Positions 61,138 to 64,000 of a DNA stretch of 64,000 bases are shown one piece after another. Numbering within the stretch: the stretch's first letter is position 1; every line of letters begins with the position of its first letter. Origin of the DNA: an uncultured SAR86 cluster bacterium (GTDB lineage Bacteria; Pseudomonadota; Gammaproteobacteria; Magnimaribacterales; D2472); NCBI GenBank assembly GCA_902556105.1, contig CACDUZ010000004.1, forward strand, positions 17,727-81,726, read 5' to 3'. Made by a program: the position numbers and the translations under genes. The notes under the pieces are model-generated. The model made no database searches and was not told the origin of the DNA. It worked only from the letters and a program-made list of their open reading frames with translations.

Positions 61138-62363
61138 AAAATAAGATTTCCTTTATTACAGAGCACAGCGTTATTAAGTCTGATAATGATTTCTTTGAGC
61201 ACATCTCAAAAATTAAATTTAATGATAAATCTTTTCCAAACTCAGACGCAATAGAATTTGTGAATCAATTTTCAAAATCTATTTTATTAGATAAGAATGC
61301 AAGAGCTTTCCCAGAGTTGATAGTGCTAGCTAACTTCTTTAAAAGAAAGAATTTATTCAGAAATATTCAAAGTGAATTAGATAAAAACAAAGAATTTATT
61401 CAGGTGCCTCTTGGTAAAATCTTTCATATTGCACCATCAAATGTTGATACAATTTTTTTGTACTCTAGCTTGATTGCATTGCTTTGTGGAAACATATGTT
61501 TTATCAGAATATCTTCTAATCAAACAACTCAGCTTGATTTTGTAATTGAAAAGTTAAAATCTACATTGGCTTCATATAAATCGATGAAAGATAAAATTTT
61601 TGTATTTACTTATAATCATGATTATGAAATTACAAAAAAAATCTCAGAAGCAGTACAAAGTAGAGTTGTATGGGGCGGGGACGAAACAATTAAGGAAATT
61701 AGATCAATTCCATTAAATCCATTAGCAAGAGAAATTGTTTTTCCAAATAGATTTTCATTTTCTATTATTAAAAGTAAGGCAGTCTATGAAAATGAATCTA
61801 ATTTGAATTCAATTATTAAAGGTTTTTATAATGATACATCTTATTTTAATCAGCAAGCTTGCTCTTCACCTAAATTAATTATTTGGTTTGGTTCCCATGA
61901 TGATAATTTGAAGGCAAGAAATATCTTTTGGAATCACTACAATGATTATGTCATGGCAAATAATATAAATGACGATGCTGGGATGGTAATGGACAGATTT
62001 GTAGCTTCATCTTTTTATGCAGCTAATAATTTGGCATCTAAAAGTAATGATGTTGATTATCCTACAAAACTAAATATTACAGACTTGTCTTCAAAACTTA
62101 TTAGAGAGGCACATCCTGGAAATGGTTTATTTTTAGAACTTGAAAAAAATAATATTAAAGATGTTGCAGATGAGATAAGAGAAATCGATCAAACTATGAG
62201 CTACATTGGATTTACAAAAAAAGAAATTGTCAACTTTGCAATGCATCTTACGAATAGAGGTATTGATAGAATTGTACCTATTGGGCATTCGCTTGATTTT
62301 AATGCCATATGGGACGGATATGATTTAGTTGAGCAGTTCTCAAGAAAAGTTACTATCGATTAG
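61134..62363 (+). CDS. LuxC-family acyl-CoA/acyl-protein reductase-like enzyme
   Basis: 409 aa with HIAPSNVDTIFLYSSLIALLCGNICFIRISS and the YFNQQACSSPKLI catalytic Cys block. ATGA overlap with the LuxE-like gene. Confidence 0.7.
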   Translation: MKNKISFITEHSVIKSDNDFFEHISKIKFNDKSFPNSDAIEFVNQFSKSILLDKNARAFPELIVLANFFKRKNLFRNIQSELDKNKEFIQVPLGKIFHIAPSNVDTIFLYSSLIALLCGNICFIRISSNQTTQLDFVIEKLKSTLASYKSMKDKIFVFTYNHDYEITKKISEAVQSRVVWGGDETIKEIRSIPLNPLAREIVFPNRFSFSIIKSKAVYENESNLNSIIKGFYNDTSYFNQQACSSPKLIIWFGSHDDNLKARNIFWNHYNDYVMANNINDDAGMVMDRFVASSFYAANNLASKSNDVDYPTKLNITDLSSKLIREAHPGNGLFLELEKNNIKDVADEIREIDQTMSYIGFTKKEIVNFAMHLTNRGIDRIVPIGHSLDFNAIWDGYDLVEQFSRKVTID

Positions 62364-63385
62364 TTTAGTTTGTTAGGCCTATCTCCATCAGCATCACCCT
62401 TGAATAGAACGATTTTATCATTTGATTTCTCATAATGAATATCAATGTTTTCTTTTACAAATGGTTCAAAATATGTCGGAATTACTATCTCTTGATTATG
62501 TTTTTTTTCATAAAAGCCACTTCTGTATAGAATTTTTTTATCTAGTCCAGCAGTTAATATATCAATATACTCATATTTTGAATTAGAAAGCATTGATGCT
62601 GCCCAGTTCCTTAAGTAACCTAAAAATTCTAGCTCGCCAACAAAATCAATAATTCTTATTATTTTTCTTTCATTGCATATTATTTGTCTAGTTACTAGAA
62701 GCGATAAATTTTTATTCTTTTTAAGTAGGTAGCAGTTGTATTTATATTTGGGATGATTAAAGTATCTCTTAATAATATAGTTCAAATTTTTTACTGGTAA
62801 TTTATTACTAACCTTTATTAAGGAAAAATTTTTATTTAATTGCCTTTCGTTAATTAGTTTATGCTCAATAATTTCAGTAGTTTTTTTTTGATTTTGAATT
62901 ATTTTTTTATAGTTATCTGGTATGTAAGCAATTTTAAATTCTGATATCTCAGGATTTAAAATAAAAAACTGGTCCATTACACCAGTGCTTCTTTTAAAAA
63001 ATCTCTTTACAAGAGGTAACATTGTTTTTGGATTAGTGCCTATACCACAATAGGTTTTTGGTGAAGTGTGCTCGAGCATTTTTTTCATTAATTCAACTCC
63101 CAGCAATGGAATTTTAGAATTTGGATGTACTCTTGAAATTACACCACAAATATGAGAATTGGGATCTGAGCCGTATGGAATAAAACCTTGAATAGCTAAT
63201 ATTTCACTTGATTTAATATCTTTTGCTAAAAAAAAATTTATGTTATCACCATTTAAGTGCTCGTAATTAAAGAAATCTTTATCCTTTGCCAATATGTGAT
63301 TAGGTCTCCAAAACTTATCAATAAATTGCATTATATTTTCTCGATCTTCTATTTTTGCTTGAGAAATTTTGTATGTTTTAGACAT
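62360..63385 (-). CDS. Hypothetical protein, N-terminal GNAT-like region (possible acyltransferase)
   Basis: 341 aa and very AT-rich. The only hint is the start, KIEDRENIMQFIDKFW. It converges on the LuxC-like gene with a 4-nt overlap. Confidence 0.3.
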   Translation of the reverse strand: MSKTYKISQAKIEDRENIMQFIDKFWRPNHILAKDKDFFNYEHLNGDNINFFLAKDIKSSEILAIQGFIPYGSDPNSHICGVISRVHPNSKIPLLGVELMKKMLEHTSPKTYCGIGTNPKTMLPLVKRFFKRSTGVMDQFFILNPEISEFKIAYIPDNYKKIIQNQKKTTEIIEHKLINERQLNKNFSLIKVSNKLPVKNLNYIIKRYFNHPKYKYNCYLLKKNKNLSLLVTRQIICNERKIIRIIDFVGELEFLGYLRNWAASMLSNSKYEYIDILTAGLDKKILYRSGFYEKKHNQEIVIPTYFEPFVKENIDIHYEKSNDKIVLFKGDADGDRPNKLN

Positions 63386-63674
63386 AGATTTTCAATTTTT
63401 ATTAGTAATAAACATATCAGTATGACTGTTCAATTAGCATCAACAATTGTATTAAATTTTTTATACAATACTACGCTGTTCCCCTTGTTGTAAAGACGCA
63501 TCCTTTTGTCTTTGTTGTAAACATTATTGTAAAGCTCTGCAACTATCACACTTCATAAGTAACAATACATTTAATTTAAGGTTAGAATTTACACATGAAA
63601 TATTGAGCAAGAATGCTAAACTGCTGAAATTACAGTTGAATATTTTTGTATACATGCTTAAGGCTAAATAGTTT

Positions 63675-64000
63675 ATGGATTTAAAAAATTTTTCTAATAA
63701 AGAATACGAATTGAGGGAAGATATTCCTAGATTTGTGCCAAGTGAAAGTTTTGCATCTTCATTTGGCTTGCAATGGAATGCCTTTAGAAAAGTTCAATTA
63801 GATTCTTATACTAATACTAATATGTCTGAGAACAGAGTTAAGACAGCCATACCAATGCCATTGGAATCGATCAAAGGATTGAGAATATTGGAAGTAGGTT
63901 CAGGCGCAGGTAGATTTACAGAAATACTCTTAAAGTATGGAGCAATAGTCTATTCTTTCGATTTAAGTGATGCTGTTTTAGCTAATTATGCAAATAATAT
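63675..64000 (+). CDS. Class I SAM-dependent methyltransferase, 3' end beyond the window
   Basis: From the ATG at 63675 the frame stays open to the window end. FGLQWNAF is followed by ILEVGSGAGRFTE (motif I). The N-terminal architecture resembles the methyltransferase at 26013. Confidence 0.65.
   Translation, partial: MDLKNFSNKEYELREDIPRFVPSESFASSFGLQWNAFRKVQLDSYTNTNMSENRVKTAIPMPLESIKGLRILEVGSGAGRFTEILLKYGAIVYSFDLSDAVLANYANN

Noticed and set aside
59505-62363. LuxC-like and LuxE-like genes as part of a bioluminescence (lux) operon
   Set aside because: No luxA or luxB luciferase genes and no luxD/luxG homologs occur anywhere in the window. The neighbours are glycan-type and carrier-protein enzymes.
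63257-63493. Plus-strand 78-aa ORF spanning the start of the minus-strand orphan gene and the spacer; also 20294-20476, 8289-8483, 22322-22537, 26041-26229, 46684-46869, 48686-48925 and 58091-58285
   Set aside because: These are out-of-frame overlaps of better-supported genes with no motifs. They are typical of random ORFs in low-GC sequence.

Overview
This is a strongly AT-rich, tightly packed bacterial window, with nearly all genes on the plus strand. The orders infC-rpmI-rplT-pheS-pheT...ihfA and guaB-guaA fit a streamlined, marine-type Gammaproteobacterium, but the taxon cannot be proven from this sequence. All function calls come from motif recognition by eye; no searches were run.

Layout:
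1. nt 1-28.8k: a large surface-polysaccharide (O-antigen or capsule type) locus. It holds C-methyl-6-deoxyhexose genes, GT2 and GT4 transferases, Wzz, an MsbA/PglK-type ABC exporter and rmlB-rmlA. It also holds a fossil 3' end of a second ABC exporter, a complete seven-gene legionaminic acid operon, a Wzy-like membrane protein, and an AsnB/WbpO/WbpP module for an amidated hexosaminuronic acid.
2. nt 28.8-33.3k: core genes pdxH, infC, rpmI, rplT, and an unusually short pheS and pheT.
3. nt 33.4-39.3k: a 5.9-kb insertion between pheT and ihfA. It encodes a long Wza-type export protein, a YjbH/GfcD-family outer-membrane protein, and a secreted Ig/cadherin-like protein with (Thr-Gly)n tracts.
4. 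nt 39.3-54.5k: ihfA, tRNA-Pro(GGG), a secreted carboxylesterase, a TerB-domain protein translationally coupled to a WecA/MraY-type initiating transferase, an inositol monophosphatase, photolyase, fhs, an aldehyde dehydrogenase, a class II aldolase, fumC, phhB and guaBA.
5. nt 54.5k to the window end: a second accessory cluster that starts at a 23-codon apt remnant. It contains an adenylating enzyme, a carrier protein, a FabZ-like dehydratase, a ThDP enzyme, an atypical NeuB paralog, a minimal alpha/beta hydrolase, LuxE-like and LuxC-like proteins, a GNAT-like orphan and a methyltransferase.

The fifth block is my best candidate for an undescribed biosynthetic system. I found no transposase, integrase, CRISPR array, rRNA or convincing terminator.
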